A DNA stretch of 64,000 nt from a virus, in IMG/VR virus record IMGVR_UViG_3300045974_000429, positions 1-64,000 of that record. The stretch is one strand, 5' to 3'. Shown here piece by piece: positions 44,626 to 53,940 of the stretch. Every line of letters starts with the position of its first letter. Positions within the stretch are counted from its first letter, which is position 1. The notes under the pieces were generated by a model. That model was not told the DNA's origin, searched no databases, and saw only the letters and a list, made by a program, of their open reading frames with translations. The translations under genes and the position numbers were made by a program.

Positions 44626-46707
44626 TCACGCTCCTCCGAGAGAAACTTGCACGGTCTGCCCGCTCGTCGCGAGCGTCGCCGTGACCGAGATGTACAAGAT
44701 CCCGGCAGGGTCGAGAGAAATCTTCGCCCGCACCGTGGACACCTCCGGCTCCATCTTGACCTGCCGCTCGATCTCCGCCCGCAGCTTGATGAGGTCGTTC
44801 GGCTGGAACAATTGCTTGGCGGTGAGGAGTCCGAGCCCGTAGTTCGGGAGGTGCGCGAAGGCCCCCTTGGGCGTCGCCAGCCGGCGGTAGATCAATTTCT
44901 TCACGAGGTCCGCCCCGGTGACGTTGACGTAGTCGCCCCCCTTGAGCGCCAGCGTGCCGCCGACGTTTGAGGTTCCCGGAAGGCTCGCCTGCGGGTTCGC
45001 GAGGTCGGTAGTCACCCTCCGGCGCTGCGCCTCCTCTGCCGGAGCGGTGAAATATTCGTTCCAGGTGAGCCCCTTCACGTCCAGCGTGGCCGTCTGTGGC
45101 ACGCTCGTGAAGAGCAGGTTCTGGAAGCCCGCCAGCATCCCGACTAGATGAGAAGGGAACCGCTCCGCGGTCGAGATGTCGAACGTTGTCGAGTTGACCT
45201 GCGCGACCGCGACGGGCGTGAGGGAGGCGCCCGAGTCGTCGCGGGAGATCGCCCAGCAAGCCGGGTTCAGCGCGTCGCCGGCGATGGTCGGAAATTGCGC
45301 GGAGTCGGGCGCCGCGGATATTGAGATCCGCATCGTCCGCCAGTTGGTGGGAAATGCGGACACCACGCTCTGCACCGCCGTGGAGAGCTGGTAGCAGACG
45401 TCGATGGCCGCACCCGAGAGCGGAACCGCCCCGACCAGGAATTGGATCTGCCTACCCGAGAGCGCGTAGTCCACGCCCGGGATTTGGAGCAGCCGATCTA
45501 CGAACACCCACGCGCTGGCCGGAGCGCGCGTGAGGATCCATCTGGAACCTCCGAGCGCGGCCGGCGTCTCCTCCAAGTCGAACGGCGTGGCTGCCGCCGA
45601 GTAGTTCGCCCAGAGCAGCGCCCCCGCGGGCGGGACCGACCCGGTCAGGAACGCGATGGCAGCACCGGAGCGCGAGTAGTCCACGCCCGGCACCTGGAGG
45701 ATCCGGTCCACGAAGAGCTGGAGCCGCTGCGGGACGTAGGCCAGCGTGAAGTGCGAGTTGATGCCGTCCACGGTCCCGGTGGGGGCTTCGTCGTGCTCGA
45801 ACAGCGGCGCCGCGGTGCTGCGGTTGAAGCACCCCAAGACCACGGCGCCGGCTCTCGGCGTGGCGTCCGCGGTGAGGAACGTGACCACTGCGCCCGAGAG
45901 CGAGTAGTCCAGCCCCGGCGCCTGGAGCATCCCCTCGACGTAGAGCTGGAGCAGCGCGGGTGCGGAGGAGAACGTGAAGGTCTGCCGCACGCCGTCCGGC
46001 GTTTCCGCCGGCGCAGTCACCACGTCGAACGGCGCGTCCGCGGAGGAGCAGACAGCCACCGACGCGCCGGCCCTGGGCGTGGTCGCGAGTGAGGTGAACG
46101 TCAGGGTGGTGCCCGCGACGGAGTAGTCGGTGGTCGGCGTCGCCAGCGCGCCGTCCACGAAGATCACCGGCTGCGGGATGGCGTAGGGCAGCGCGAAGGT
46201 GAGGTTGACGCCGTCCGGCGCGGGAGTTGGCACGACGGGTGCGGCCAAGAACCGCGGGTGCCGCGCGGTCGTGCCGTAGCAGGCGCGGATGATGGCGCCG
46301 GACCTGGGGGCGAAAGACGTGAACGCGATCTTCCTGCCGGTGCGCGAGTAGTCGGTTCCGGGCAGCACGAGAGCGCGATCCACGAAGAGCTGGAGCCCGT
46401 AGGGGACGTTCGCGAGCGTGAAGGATCGGTTGGACCCGTTCGCGGTGCCCGCCGGCGTCTCGTGCGCGATGAACCACGCCGGCGTGATGGCGGGCTCGCA
46501 GGCGACGTCGATGTAGGAGCCGGCCGGAGGAGCGACCGCGAACGTGATCTGAAAGCTCGTCGCGGTGTAGGCGGCCGAGTAATCGGTGGTCGGGATCTGG
46601 AAGGCGCGGTCCACGAAGACCTGGGCGCGCTCCGGCACGGCGGCTCCCGTGATCGTGAACGCGGTCGTCGCGCCGTCCGCGGCGGGCGTGGGCGTCAGGT
46701 GGATCAC
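44626..46707 (-). CDS. Baseplate wedge (gp25/W-like) protein with six N-terminal ~75-aa repeats
   Basis: GTG at 46707 (GTGA overlap); repeats FTL...LFVD..LQ.PG.DYS..G..I.F; C-terminal RRLATPKG...PNYGLG. Confidence 0.75.
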   Translation of the reverse strand: MIHLTPTPAADGATTAFTITGAAVPERAQVFVDRAFQIPTTDYSAAYTATSFQITFAVAPPAGSYIDVACEPAITPAWFIAHETPAGTANGSNRSFTLANVPYGLQLFVDRALVLPGTDYSRTGRKIAFTSFAPRSGAIIRACYGTTARHPRFLAAPVVPTPAPDGVNLTFALPYAIPQPVIFVDGALATPTTDYSVAGTTLTFTSLATTPRAGASVAVCSSADAPFDVVTAPAETPDGVRQTFTFSSAPALLQLYVEGMLQAPGLDYSLSGAVVTFLTADATPRAGAVVLGCFNRSTAAPLFEHDEAPTGTVDGINSHFTLAYVPQRLQLFVDRILQVPGVDYSRSGAAIAFLTGSVPPAGALLWANYSAAATPFDLEETPAALGGSRWILTRAPASAWVFVDRLLQIPGVDYALSGRQIQFLVGAVPLSGAAIDVCYQLSTAVQSVVSAFPTNWRTMRISISAAPDSAQFPTIAGDALNPACWAISRDDSGASLTPVAVAQVNSTTFDISTAERFPSHLVGMLAGFQNLLFTSVPQTATLDVKGLTWNEYFTAPAEEAQRRRVTTDLANPQASLPGTSNVGGTLALKGGDYVNVTGADLVKKLIYRRLATPKGAFAHLPNYGLGLLTAKQLFQPNDLIKLRAEIERQVKMEPEVSTVRAKISLDPAGILYISVTATLATSGQTVQVSLGGA

Positions 46708-47441
46708 GGCAGCACCACGTTCTGGTCGAGGTAGGTGGCGGCCGAACCCTCGAACGTGCCGAGCGCCTGTGCGGCGGCCGTCGCGGCGGAGGCTTGGTTC
46801 GTGGCGGCAGTAGCCGCCGCCGTGAAGTTGGCTGCGAGCGGCGTGAGCGGAGGCGCCGAGCAAGCCGCGCCGAGCGCCGTCATGGCGGTGGCGAGCGCGG
46901 TGGACGCGGTGGCGAGCGCGGCGAGCTGCTGCTGGAGGGTCTGGTTCATCTTCGCCTCGCCCTTGCGGTAGTCCGTCCCGCGGACGAGCGCCTGCGTGCC
47001 GCCGGCAGCCTCCAGCTCGATCTTGTCCGCCACCAGCCGCAGGGTGGTTCCCGGCTGCGCCTGGAGGAGCGGGTCGTTGGTCGTCTTGGCCGCAGCCGCG
47101 ATGGCCGGAGGTGGGTCGGCCGCGGCCCAGAGGCGCGCGACCACCACGGCTCCGTGGGTGCAGTCGCCATCCGGGATCACGACGACCACCTCGTCGTCCA
47201 CGGCCAGCGGGGCGTGCAGACCCCAGCCGGAACCGGCGTAGGGCGACCCCACCCGCGCGGTGATCGACATCCCGGAGGGAAGCAGGGTCGCGTCGATGAA
47301 CGGGCCGTTGGCCGCGTCCACGTGCACGGCATCCACGCAGGCGGTGGACACCCACAGCCGCGGATCGATGCCGGGGAAGGATAGCGCCTGCCCGAAGCGG
47401 CGCGTGTCGAGAGAGGCGCCTGGCCTGCGGATTCGGCTCAT
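46704..47441 (-). CDS. Baseplate spike (gpV-like)
   Basis: ARV...AG.GWG...P..DDEVVV...GD OB-fold pattern; ATGA overlap. Confidence 0.8.
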   Translation of the reverse strand: MSRIRRPGASLDTRRFGQALSFPGIDPRLWVSTACVDAVHVDAANGPFIDATLLPSGMSITARVGSPYAGSGWGLHAPLAVDDEVVVVIPDGDCTHGAVVVARLWAAADPPPAIAAAAKTTNDPLLQAQPGTTLRLVADKIELEAAGGTQALVRGTDYRKGEAKMNQTLQQQLAALATASTALATAMTALGAACSAPPLTPLAANFTAAATAATNQASAATAAAQALGTFEGSAATYLDQNVVLP

Positions 47442-49243
47442 CGGTTGCCGCCCGCGGAGGTGAGCGGCGTGGTCTGAACCTTCGCACCGCCGCCCTTCCG
47501 CTTGAACACCGCCTTCTCGGCGGCGATGGCCGCGGCCGAGTTTCCATCCCTGGACTCGATGTAGTTCTGGAAGTCGAAGTCCACGCCGATGCCGCTGTTC
47601 TTGTCCCAGGCGAATCGCACGTTGGAGACGCGGTAGATGCTCTGCCGCTCCCGGATGCGCCCGAGGAGGGAATAGGCCACCACGCGGCCCAGATCGGCGT
47701 CGGAGAACCGCTGGCCGAGGATCATGGCGAGGGTCTGCGGGTCGGTCCTGAAGATGTCGCTCACGTCCGTGATGGGGGGCGGGTAGCTGTGCATCGCCCG
47801 GTCGTCCACCGTGAACTGCACCGGGTCGCCGGGGCGGAGGCGGAGGAGATCGGCGTCTTCCGTGCCCTCGGCCAACGAGGACAGGTCCTTGGTGGAGCAG
47901 GAGCCGGTCAGCTCTCCGCGTCCGATCTCCTCCCGGATGTCGTGGGCGATCTCCTCCAGGCGCTTCTTGTCCCGGATGCCGGGGATGGAGATGTAGATTT
48001 GCTCGTTCTGCACGACCGAGCCGTCGGGGCTGACCGTGGTCGCCTTGCTCGCTCCGCCGCCCTGGCCAGGCTGGCCCGTGGGCGGGGCCTTCGGCGGCCA
48101 CTGTGCCTCGACGTGCTTGCCCTTCTTCCCGCGCACCTTGGAGTCGGTGTCCACGGACACGCAGACCACGGTCGGCACCTTCGCGCCGCCGAGCTTCCGC
48201 TCCCGCTTGAGGGAGGAGATGTTCCTGCCCCAGGTCATGATTCGGATCTGGGTGGCGTAGACATTGCCGTCCGCGCCGCGGACGATGCGCGGCGTGCCGC
48301 CGGCGAACGGTGTTGGAAAGTTGGGGTCGAAGCCTGCCATCTTTGCCGGATCGTAGAGAGCGCGCGCCGGCCGGACGCGGAGCCCGGTGCCGACGAAATA
48401 CGGGACGGCGCCCACGAGCTGGCAGAGGTTCGAGATCAAGTCCCACAGCTTGATCTTCTGCGGAGGCGCAGCGGGCATCATCGGGCCGATCGAGCCGGAG
48501 CCCGGAGCGGCCTGTGCGCCGCCGGCGGCCTTCTGGTTGACTCTCGTCATCAGGGCCGGCGCGTTGGGGTGCGGCACCGTGCCGGAAGGCCAATCGTCCG
48601 CGCGAACATCGATGTGGACGCCGAGCGTCCTGAGGACCGGGGCGTTGTCCACAATATCCTGGATCACCTTGTCGATGGGCTGGTCCACGTTGAGCCGCTT
48701 GAGGACGTCGTGCTTGCAGACCAGATCGATCAGGATGCCGCGGAGGTCGCGCCCCTCGATGGAGACGGTGCCCCCCTTCTCGGAGTGCTCCACCCGGATC
48801 ACGTCGGCGACCCCGACGAGCATTTCGTTCTGCGGACTAGGAACGAGCGAGTTTCTAGTGGCCTTGCCAGCCACGGCGAACGCGGTGTTGTTCTTCGCCC
48901 AATCCGCCCCGTCCACGAGGTCGCCGTAGATGCGGACTGCGCAGGCCCGGATGATGTCCGGCTCGAACGGCATGTCCGTGAACGGGATCTCCAGCGTGAA
49001 CTTCCCGGCCTGCCGGAAGCCCGGCATGTCCACCGAGCAGCGCGTGGGCGTGACCAGCGTCTGGAAGGAGAGTCCATCCGACGCCGCCGGCTTGCTCTGC
49101 TGGAGCTGGACGAGCGTGGCCGGGATGGTGAAGTCGCCCGTCTCCGCGCTGACGGCCTGCGGGAGCGTGACGCCGTGGAGTTCCTCGTCGAACCGGAGCC
49201 CCAGCTCGACCGCGAACATCGGGTAGTAGATCGGCGCCGGCAT
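47438..49243 (-). CDS. Baseplate hub protein
   Basis: SIEGRD..GILID and LRPGD motifs; precedes the spike gene. Confidence 0.7.
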   Translation of the reverse strand: MPAPIYYPMFAVELGLRFDEELHGVTLPQAVSAETGDFTIPATLVQLQQSKPAASDGLSFQTLVTPTRCSVDMPGFRQAGKFTLEIPFTDMPFEPDIIRACAVRIYGDLVDGADWAKNNTAFAVAGKATRNSLVPSPQNEMLVGVADVIRVEHSEKGGTVSIEGRDLRGILIDLVCKHDVLKRLNVDQPIDKVIQDIVDNAPVLRTLGVHIDVRADDWPSGTVPHPNAPALMTRVNQKAAGGAQAAPGSGSIGPMMPAAPPQKIKLWDLISNLCQLVGAVPYFVGTGLRVRPARALYDPAKMAGFDPNFPTPFAGGTPRIVRGADGNVYATQIRIMTWGRNISSLKRERKLGGAKVPTVVCVSVDTDSKVRGKKGKHVEAQWPPKAPPTGQPGQGGGASKATTVSPDGSVVQNEQIYISIPGIRDKKRLEEIAHDIREEIGRGELTGSCSTKDLSSLAEGTEDADLLRLRPGDPVQFTVDDRAMHSYPPPITDVSDIFRTDPQTLAMILGQRFSDADLGRVVAYSLLGRIRERQSIYRVSNVRFAWDKNSGIGVDFDFQNYIESRDGNSAAAIAAEKAVFKRKGGGAKVQTTPLTSAGGNR

Positions 49244-49246
49244 TTC

Positions 49247-50584
49247 CTACCTCGCCGCCGGGATGCCGAAATCGGGGGGCGCGGGGAGCACGCGCGGGAC
49301 GAGGATGAGCTTGCCGGGCGCGGGCTGGCTCGTGGTGACCTTGTTGTACTGCGCGAGTCCGCTCCATGAGTTCTGCGAGCCGTAGTAGAGCGAGGCGGTG
49401 CGCCGGAGGTCCGTCGTGCTCTTGGACACGAACACCGCCAGCATCTCCGCGGGTTGAACCTGGGTGGCGAGCGCCGCCGCCTGCGTGACCGCGGTGCGCT
49501 TGAGGTCGCGCGCCGTCCGGCGCAGCTCCAGGTTGCGGGTGTCCGCGGCGAGGAGTTGCCCCATCGTAATGCCCGCAACCTGCGGGGCGCCCGCCGGCCC
49601 GAAGTCGGTCAGGTCGTCCGGCGTGAACAGGAGCGAGCGGGTGTTGAAGTAGTCGGTGGAGACGAGCGAGCCGAGGAGGTCGAGGAGCGCCTGGGCTTGG
49701 TCCGCGATGTACTGGAAGATGCCCAGCACGCGCTGGATGGCCTGAACGACGCCGTTCACAGAATTGACGATGCTCTGGACCGCGTCGCGCACGTCGTTGA
49801 TGGCCGAGTAGATCGAGTTCACGATGCTCGCGAGACCGCCCACGACGCCGGAGACGATCTCGATGCCGGAGGAAATCAGGGACAGCGCGTCCGAGAAAAT
49901 CGACAAGAGCCGGAAGAGCCCACCTGCCGCGGAGAGCAGCGAGTCGAACAGGCCGATCTTGCGAGCCGAGATCGAGAACGTGTCCACGGCGCCGCCGAGC
50001 GCGTCGGCAGCTGATTGGATGGAGGGTGGCGGGATGGCGAATGGGCCTGGGTCTTCACCCTGGCTGGCCCAGACGAACGTGATCTTCCACTCCACGTCCG
50101 TCTGCCGGAGCCAGTTGAACTCCGTCTCGGAGATGAGCCCGTGGCGGATGACCTGTCCCCACGTCATGCGCAGCGGCTGCGCCCGTCGGCGCATCTTGTC
50201 CACCTCGTCCACGAGATCCCAGACGGACAGCGCGTTCGCCGCGATGGTGCCGGGCGAGTCGGTGATCATCTGCGCGGGCGAGATGCCGCCAGGGTTGTTC
50301 CCGGCGGCGACGAACCGATCCTTCCAGATACCGTTGATCGTCGTGTCGCCTTCCTCCGAGCCGATGACTTGCTGCGTGGCGACCGGGTTGCCGGGGTAGT
50401 AGATGCTCTCGATCTTCATCTTCCCGACGACCTTAAGGCCCTGGTACGGCAGCGCCCGCCCGGTGAGGATGAGCTTCCGATACGGCGCCGTCAGCGTCTC
50501 CAGGGAGAAGCTCGGAGCGGTGGTGTCCGAAGCTCCGCCCTCGCCAGGAAAGGTGATGCCTGAACCTGTCGGAACGCCGGCCAT
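49247..50584 (-). CDS. Tail tube initiator/hub protein with LysM-like C-terminus
   Basis: DLRRTASLYYGS..SW..LAQYN...PGKLILVP; follows the tape measure gene. Confidence 0.7.
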   Translation of the reverse strand: MAGVPTGSGITFPGEGGASDTTAPSFSLETLTAPYRKLILTGRALPYQGLKVVGKMKIESIYYPGNPVATQQVIGSEEGDTTINGIWKDRFVAAGNNPGGISPAQMITDSPGTIAANALSVWDLVDEVDKMRRRAQPLRMTWGQVIRHGLISETEFNWLRQTDVEWKITFVWASQGEDPGPFAIPPPSIQSAADALGGAVDTFSISARKIGLFDSLLSAAGGLFRLLSIFSDALSLISSGIEIVSGVVGGLASIVNSIYSAINDVRDAVQSIVNSVNGVVQAIQRVLGIFQYIADQAQALLDLLGSLVSTDYFNTRSLLFTPDDLTDFGPAGAPQVAGITMGQLLAADTRNLELRRTARDLKRTAVTQAAALATQVQPAEMLAVFVSKSTTDLRRTASLYYGSQNSWSGLAQYNKVTTSQPAPGKLILVPRVLPAPPDFGIPAAR

Positions 50585-50589
50585 CGCGG

Positions 50590-52332
50590 CTACCCCTTGC
50601 TCGTCGCGCCTGCGAAGGCGGGCTGGAAGCCTGACATGGTGCCGCGCTCGCCTAGCGCCGCGAGGTCGTTCGTGAAGGCTGTAAGCACGCGGTCCGGGTC
50701 GAAGCCCTCCTCGAACTTCTGCGTGATGTCGAACCGCGAGCCGTAGAAGTTCTGGTTGAAGTCACCCTTCTTGGCCTTGGCGTTGTCGCCGGCGACCCGC
50801 GTGTGCGTCGTGCGCTCTTTCTTCCGGTTCTCGTTCTCGACGCGCACCTGATCTGCGATGGCCATGAAGCTCGTGGCCTGGGCGGCAGCCTCGTTCTCGT
50901 ACTGGAAGCCGTTCCCAACGCTCTTGATGATGCCGCCGATCCACCGGCCGATGATCGTGATCATGTCCACGACGCCCTTGATGATCTGCGTGATCGCGAG
51001 CAGCGCCGCTGGAAGCACGAGCTGCATGAAGGAGGAGATCGCGCTGCCGCCTCCGAGCATGTCCGTGAGCGGCGAGAACATGGTCTCGACGGAGTCGATG
51101 ATGTCCGACACGGAGTCGATCAACTCGTCCAACCCTCCTCCCACGTTGTTCCAGAGTCCCTGCACACCGGCGATGACGATGGGCAGCAGGAGAGCGATGG
51201 GGCCGAGGACGCCCGCGAACCCGCGCAGGAGGTTCAAGGCCAGCGACACGGCGCCGCCGCCCGAAGCCCCCGTGGCCATCGCGGCCGCACCGACCACGTT
51301 GGTCGCGACGCCCTTGGCGTAGCCATATCCGGCCTGCGCCACGCCGCCGATGCCCATGCCGGAAGCCTTCTGGAGCGCCGCGTTCGCCAGCAGGATCTTG
51401 CCGAGCGTGGTCGCGAGTCCGACGGCCTGCGTCAAGTGCATGTTCAGGAACTCCCCGAACCGCTTCGCCGGCTCGACCCACTTTTTGGCGCCGTCCGCGA
51501 CGTGCTGGAGCAACTTGGCGACCACCGGCAGCATCTCGCGGCCGACGAGGAAGGAAATGTCCTCCCAGGCGCGGCCGACGTCGATCTGCGCCTGCTTCAT
51601 CGCCTTGAAGGCCGCGATGTCGGAATCCACGACGCCGCCGGTGTCCTTCATCGACTCCCGGATGGCGTCCGGCCCGGTCTTCAAGACCTTCATCAGCTTA
51701 TCGGCCTCGTCGTAGGAGAGCCGCATCCCGCGAGCGAGGCCCGCCGTTTCGAGCTTGCCGTCTTGCACCCGCTTGGACATCGCGAGCATGGACTGCACCG
51801 GCCCCCTGCGAATATCCACACCGAGCATGGCGTAGCTCTGCCGCGCGCCCGACGGGAACATTTTCATGCGCTCTGCACTCAACACCATGCGCTGGAGGAT
51901 GCTACCGGATACGTCCGCGCCGACGCCCACCGCTTCGAATGTTTCGTTGAGGGCGGAGGCTTCCTCGGTCGCGAGGCCGGTGAGCTTCTTGAGCCGGATG
52001 GTGTCGCCGATCTTTTCGTTCACGACCTCGAACATCTTGTGGAAGCCCAGCGCGGCCCCCAACCCGGCACCGACCCCGATCAGGTTCGAGAGGCCCGCGG
52101 AGAGCCCGTCGAACTTGTTGGAGAGCGTCTGAAGGCCACCAGCGAGGCGCCCGACGCCCGTGGAGGCCGCGGCGGCGACGGGAGAGCCCGGAGCCCCCAC
52201 GGCTCCGGCGACGTGCTTCTCGGCGTTCTCCGCGGCGGCGGCGAGCTTCTCCGCCGTCTTGATGACGCTCTCCATCGCGGAGGACGCCATGTCCTCCACG
52301 GTGAACTCCAGGCTGACGCCTTGAGATGCCAT
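50590..52332 (-). CDS. Tape measure protein
   Basis: 580 aa Ala/Gly-rich helical protein after the chaperone genes. Confidence 0.8.
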   Translation of the reverse strand: MASQGVSLEFTVEDMASSAMESVIKTAEKLAAAAENAEKHVAGAVGAPGSPVAAAASTGVGRLAGGLQTLSNKFDGLSAGLSNLIGVGAGLGAALGFHKMFEVVNEKIGDTIRLKKLTGLATEEASALNETFEAVGVGADVSGSILQRMVLSAERMKMFPSGARQSYAMLGVDIRRGPVQSMLAMSKRVQDGKLETAGLARGMRLSYDEADKLMKVLKTGPDAIRESMKDTGGVVDSDIAAFKAMKQAQIDVGRAWEDISFLVGREMLPVVAKLLQHVADGAKKWVEPAKRFGEFLNMHLTQAVGLATTLGKILLANAALQKASGMGIGGVAQAGYGYAKGVATNVVGAAAMATGASGGGAVSLALNLLRGFAGVLGPIALLLPIVIAGVQGLWNNVGGGLDELIDSVSDIIDSVETMFSPLTDMLGGGSAISSFMQLVLPAALLAITQIIKGVVDMITIIGRWIGGIIKSVGNGFQYENEAAAQATSFMAIADQVRVENENRKKERTTHTRVAGDNAKAKKGDFNQNFYGSRFDITQKFEEGFDPDRVLTAFTNDLAALGERGTMSGFQPAFAGATSKG

Positions 52333-52637
52333 CAGCTCCCTCCCGAGGAACGCTGCGCGCGCTCGATGGCGTCGGACTCAGCCTGGAGCAATTTCCCAAC
52401 CGATGCGGCGAGCCGGTAGAGCCACCGCACGCTGCGATGGCGGGCGAGAGAGTCCGCACTCTGGTATCCGGCCCTGCCCAGGAATGCCAACAGGTCCATG
52501 ACCGCCTCCTCTCGACTCTCCGTCCACGACCGCCCTTCGACATGCGCCGCGTGCAGGCTGCCGAGGACCATCTCGGCGGACCCCGCACTCTGCCGGGGAG
52601 CGACTACACGCTCGTCGTCTCCCCTTCCAGAAAACCC
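52332..52637 (-). CDS. Tail assembly chaperone, -1 frameshift extension (GT-like)
   Basis: -1 frame is open from GGGTTTT to the TGA overlapping the tape measure ATG. Confidence 0.7.
   Translation of the reverse strand, partial: GFSGRGDDERVVAPRQSAGSAEMVLGSLHAAHVEGRSWTESREEAVMDLLAFLGRAGYQSADSLARHRSVRWLYRLAASVGKLLQAESDAIERAQRSSGGS
52595..52637 (-). other. Programmed -1 frameshift signal
   Basis: G GGT TTT slippery heptamer (52637-52631), 6-nt spacer, then hairpin GGGGAG(A)CGAC...GTCGCTCCCC. Confidence 0.75.
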
Positions 52638-53023
52638 GCCTCCATCTCCGGCGGAGGGTTGTGCAGCTTCTGGAACGCTCGGAGGAGGAGCGCCCGCGCC
52701 TTCGGGCGCATCGCCACCCAGGCGACCTCCAGGGATTCGTCGGCCGAGGAGACGGCCTTGCCGTCCACTTGGACAACGCTCGCCTTCGCGAGATCGTACT
52801 GCGCCTTGATGCCGGAGGCGACCGAGGCGGTCTGCATTCGGCGCATCACGGCCATTTCTTCGTCGGCGGTCAGCTCCACGAGTCCGATGCTCGCGAGCCC
52901 GACCTCCTGCCGGTGCTCCTGCGGGACCGTGAAGGTGTGGACGGGGCGGCCCGAGCGGGAGGGCAGCCGCATCCCGACCGGGATCTTGGCGCGCAGGTCT
53001 TCGATGTCATCGACTTCGTTCAT
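52604..53023 (-). CDS. Tail assembly chaperone (G-like)
   Basis: Between tube and tape measure; ELT..EE motif; AGGAG RBS. Confidence 0.8.
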   Translation of the reverse strand: MNEVDDIEDLRAKIPVGMRLPSRSGRPVHTFTVPQEHRQEVGLASIGLVELTADEEMAVMRRMQTASVASGIKAQYDLAKASVVQVDGKAVSSADESLEVAWVAMRPKARALLLRAFQKLHNPPPEMEAGFLEGETTSV

Positions 53024-53062
53024 GGATCACTCCTGTGGTTGGCGAGGGCTGGTGCTGCGGTG

Positions 53063-53497
53063 CTAGCTCTTCACGATCCTGGCGTTCGAGCCCGCGAAGT
53101 CGAGTTTCAGCGAGCCGTACTGCTCCCGGCCGCCGAACGACAGCGGAATGGCGCCGAAAAAGCAGTCGTTGCCGAAGAACTTCGGCCGGTCCCCGTTGGG
53201 GAACGCGAGGGTCGCCTGGATGTTGATCTTGATGTTCGTGTTCCGGCGGGAGGCCCGGTCCAGGATCGTCTGCATGAACCCGACGAAATCCTGATTCTCC
53301 AGGTGCAGCTCCATCGAGCCCTTGAAGCCTTTCGCGAGTTCGTCGAACCGCGGAGCCGTCTCGCCGAGGTAGCCCTCCTCCTGGCGGTCGAACTCCAGTG
53401 ACACCTCGAACGACTTCACGTCGTTCATGGTCGTCAACGGCTGCCCGTTGGCGACGATGGTAATCGTCACCTCCTGACCCCTGATCCTGGAACTCAC
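53063..53497 (-). CDS. Tail tube protein
   Basis: 144-aa beta-rich protein after the sheath gene; GTG at 53497. Confidence 0.75.
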   Translation of the reverse strand: MSSRIRGQEVTITIVANGQPLTTMNDVKSFEVSLEFDRQEEGYLGETAPRFDELAKGFKGSMELHLENQDFVGFMQTILDRASRRNTNIKINIQATLAFPNGDRPKFFGNDCFFGAIPLSFGGREQYGSLKLDFAGSNARIVKS

Positions 53498-53626
53498 AAA
53501 GGCCAACCTTTCTCGGCACTTAGCCGATGTTCGAGTCAAAAGCAAGAGGCGCGAGGCCCCGTCTCCGGGAACCCCGCGCCCCTATCCCCGTTGCCGGGTG
53601 TAGCCGCGTCGAGCCGTCGGGCTCGT

Positions 53627-53929
53627 TCAGGCGGCGATGGTGCCACCGCCCGAGCCAGCCGTCAAGGGGGGCGGAGGCGGCGGGAGGTTCTTCTCCCCGG
53701 CGCGGAACATCATGGCGATGCCGGCCACGATGACGCCCGCCAGCTTGATCTTGGCAGCGTGTTCGGGGGTCTGCATGAGCGCGGCGATCTGCTCGCTGAA
53801 AGCGACCGAGGAGAGTCCAGCCGCCATGAGGGCGGCCCGGATGTTCGCGACCGCCGCTCCGCCCATCTTCTCGAACTGCTGCTCGTCGAAGAGGAACGCC
53901 TTCAGCTTGTTGTAGATCCACTTGAACAT
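53627..53929 (-). CDS. Small membrane protein, holin candidate
   Basis: GGAGG RBS; two hydrophobic segments; poly-Pro tail. Confidence 0.5.
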   Translation of the reverse strand: MFKWIYNKLKAFLFDEQQFEKMGGAAVANIRAALMAAGLSSVAFSEQIAALMQTPEHAAKIKLAGVIVAGIAMMFRAGEKNLPPPPPPLTAGSGGGTIAA

Positions 53930-53940
53930 GACGCGCCTCC

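Noticed and set aside
44626-47547. ORF-track N-terminal extensions (973 aa here; also 53627-55852, 56035-57402, 31406-33286, 7206-8693)
   Set aside because: Extensions overlap real upstream genes in another frame; internal starts with stop/start overlap or RBS are more credible.
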